Positions 60,540 through 62,786 of a DNA stretch of 62,786 bases are shown here, one piece after another. The position numbers were made by a program, and so were the translations under genes. Every line of letters begins with the position of its first letter. Within the stretch, counting starts at the first letter, position 1. Below the pieces are notes generated by a model. It worked only from the letters and a program-made list of their open reading frames with translations, searched no databases and was not told the origin of the DNA. Origin of the DNA: Gracilinanus agilis (lineage: Eukaryota); the NCBI RefSeq assembly GCF_016433145.1, contig NC_058132.1, positions 599,365,893-599,428,678 on the forward strand. Reading direction: 5' to 3'.

Positions 60540-61500
60540 GAAGGAAAAGAACATTCCCAGCTTGGTGGGTTGGGAATCATAAAAGGCTTTGAGTGCTGGA
60601 ATGCATGGCTACCTCACCTTGCAGGAAGGAGGAGGGAATATATTCCCAGGATGGAAGACAACCTGTTCAAAAGACACAGAAATCCAAGCTTAGAGATGGT
60701 CTGTATCACAGAATATGGACCATATGATAGCAAGAAATATAAAATAAGAATGGAAAAAAAAATATGAGTGGTCGGAGTCAGATTAAAGAAGACTTTAAAT
60801 GTCACACAGATTAATTTGTATTTTATTCTATAGACAGTAAGGAGCTGCTGAAAATATTTGAACAGGAATGAGCCATGTCAGACCCCTGCTTTAGGAAGGT
60901 TATTTTGGCAGCTACTTGAAAGATGAGTCTGAGAGGGAAGAGAACTAAATCAGGAAGGCAAATTAAGAAGCTAGTATAATGTTTCAGTCAAAAAGTGATG
61001 AGGGCAAGAGCAAGTAGGAGGCTCAGGGAATTGAGAGCCCGGTCTAGAGAGAGGATGTCCTGGGTTTAAATCTGGCCTTAGGCATTTCCTAGCTGTGTGA
61101 CCCTGAGCAAGTCACCCATTGCACACAGCCTTTACTGCGCAATTCTGCTTTGGCATTACACAGAATTGACTCTAAGACAGAAGGAAAGGGTTTTTTAAAA
61201 TGATGACAGTCATATACTAGAGGTGTAATGCTTATACAAGTAAAGAGAAGGCCCCAAATGTAGAGATATTTTGATAGAAGAACAAACAAGGAGTAAAACT
61301 AAATGAATGTGAGAGCTAAGAAAGAAAGGGAGAGATTAAGACAGCTGCAAATGTAGGGGAACTGGAAAGAAAGCAGTGTCAGAAATAGAAAAGCAGAAAT
61401 GGAAGCAACCAGAGGATTAAGAGAAAATTTTCGTGCATGCACAGTTGGAAAATTGTTGGGGATAGTCACTCATAGATGTGAAAGAACTGAAAAGTCATTG
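60540..61500 (-). mobile_element. L2 fragment interrupted by a SINE1 copy
   Basis: tttaaatgtcacacag…gtaaggagctgctgaaaatatttgaacagg…gtcagacccctgctttaggaaggttattttggcagc…aattaagaagctagtataatg. Confidence 0.7.
61010..61200 (+). mobile_element. SINE1_Mdo-type SINE
   Basis: ggctcagggaattgagagcccggtctagag…ctgggtttaaatctggcc…cctagctgtgtgaccctgagcaagtcac…cacagaattgactctaagacagaaggaaagggtttt. Confidence 0.82.
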
Positions 61501-61739
61501 TAAGAAGACAGAAGCAAGCCAGTCTAAGTTATTATCTGTGATATGTGAAAGCAGAGCATTTATTCTGTTTAAAAAAAAAACAAAAAGGAAAATTCTGAGA
61601 GCTATATCTAAATCTACATTTTTCAATCCCTAGTATTATCACCTGAAATGAGAAAATGAGCAGTTTTGAGTACTATATTTTTTGGAAAAATAAGGTAGGT
61701 AGAATGGGGAATGACTGAAAAAGTTGTGGCATAAAATTA

Positions 61740-62290
61740 TAATGACCACCAAAAAAAAACCAGAAAAGACATATAAAATGATGCAAAGTAAAGTAGGCAG
61801 AACCAAGAGAATCTTATACACAGTAACAATAATAAGGTACTGTAAATGACTGAACTGTTTGCAACAAAACAAGAATTCAGGACATTTCCAAGGAACTTGT
61901 GACAAAAAAAAGATATCCACTACTGTAGAAGGATCAGACTGAATTTGACTGTAGATTGAAACATACCTTTCTTCACTTGATTTTCTCTTTGAATTTTTAT
62001 CTTGTGTAAGCAATACGTGTCTTGTTTCACAACTTGATGAACAGGGAAATATATATTATATGATTGTATATGAACAGCCTATATCTTTTTAGCTGTCTTC
62101 TTAGGAAGAATGAAGAGGGGAAAGGGAAAAGGAAGAAAAAAGAGATTTTTTGACAGTTAATATGAGAATTTGTTTCCCTTGGATAAACATATATATTACA
62201 AATTCTTACATATTTATAACAAATCTTTTGTATTATATCATTATGTTATATATTTTTAAATATGTGATAACTCAAAAATAAAATTGAAAT
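61740..62290 (+). mobile_element. L1 3' end / 3' UTR
   Basis: cagaaaagacatataaaatgatgcaaagtaaagtaggcagaaccaagagaatcttatacacagtaacaa…caggacatttccaaggaacttgtgac…gactgtagattgaaacatac. Confidence 0.8.
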
Positions 62291-62439
62291 CTTCATCATT
62301 CAAATACATCTTTTCTAAATTGGAAGTTTGTTAAAGATATTCAAGAACAGATTAATTTCAAAAGCATGCCTAAATTAACCCAAATTAAAGACTATGTCTC
62401 TGAGACCCTCTACACATTATAGAAAAAATAATAATTCAT

Positions 62440-62590
62440 ATTTATATTGTACTTCATTGTCTACAAAACATATCATCCTCAAAATAATTATAAAGTAGGA
62501 AGTGAAAATATTATATCCATCTTACAGATGAGAAAACTGAGATCTAAAGAGATTAAATGACCAGCCTTTAAACCATACAACAAGAAAGAT
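62440..62590 (-). mobile_element. MIR SINE fragment
   Basis: tattatatccatcttacagatgagaaaactgagatctaaagagattaaatgacc. Confidence 0.7.
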
Positions 62591-62748
62591 GATTTAATGA
62601 GTTTCCCTGTGGCTATTACTTTAATAGGATATTGTACTGCTTAGGAAATAAAACTTTAGGTGCATTTTAAGCTCCCCATTCTAACTTATGTAAAGTGGAT
62701 CATTGTCATTCCTCTTACTTAAATTCAGTCCATCTTATACAATCATTT

Positions 62749-62750
<2 letters not shown>

Positions 62751-62786
<36 letters not shown>
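62751..62786. repeat. (TA)18 microsatellite running off the window end
   Basis: Read directly from the sequence. Confidence 0.97.

Larger units (their letters stand above)
53181..62786 (+). other. PARD3B: PARD3B intron downstream of the exon (intron 4 equivalent, 3' end outside window)
   Basis: Starts with gtaagt. The next exon (DSTQN…) was not found before the window end. Confidence 0.85.

Noticed and set aside
1109-62013. All other 60-138 aa ORFs in the track
   Set aside because: Low-complexity F/L/I/K-rich translations, many inside SINEs, L1 or L2 and some with non-ATG starts. Only the in-frame part of ORF 53004-53228 matching the PARD3B exon is real; its flanks are intronic read-through.
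1-62786. CRISPR arrays, rRNA, snRNA/snoRNA genes, promoter CpG island, neighbouring PARD3B exons
   Set aside because: No regularly spaced repeat-spacer array, no recognisable RNA gene sequence, no CpG island, and no match to the flanking PARD3B exon peptides was found.

Overview
AT-rich, CpG-depleted marsupial genomic DNA, most likely a didelphid opossum, judged from SINE1_Mdo-type, MAR1 and Mar3-type SINEs. The whole window lies inside PARD3B (PAR-3 family polarity regulator beta) on the + strand. It holds at least 53 kb of the intron before one coding exon, that 110-nt exon (53071-53180, GTPLLVRRSSDPALSPPADSHPGASHPSDQNLKPVVP, equivalent to human exon 4), and 9.6 kb of the next intron. Much of the remainder is transposon-derived: MIR/MIR3/MAR1/Mar3/SINE1 SINEs, L2, L3/CR1, L1 fragments and hAT MITEs. 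None of the other listed ORFs looks like a real protein. I found no RNA gene, CRISPR array or viral element, and cannot claim a new biological system. The best leads are regulatory and splicing hypotheses in non-repeat intronic DNA: (1) a composite DR5+DR0 AGTTCA nuclear-receptor (RARE-like) cluster beside a CpG-retaining patch at about 30.4-30.6 kb; (2) candidate recursive AG|GT splice sites at 20069/20070 and 23049/23050; (3) a frame-preserving 18-nt candidate microexon at 17387-17404; (4) two intact hAT MITEs with 8-bp TSDs; (5) an unexplained 32-bp direct repeat in the downstream intron. Repeat family names are recognised from memory and repeat boundaries are approximate unless a TSD or TIR is quoted.
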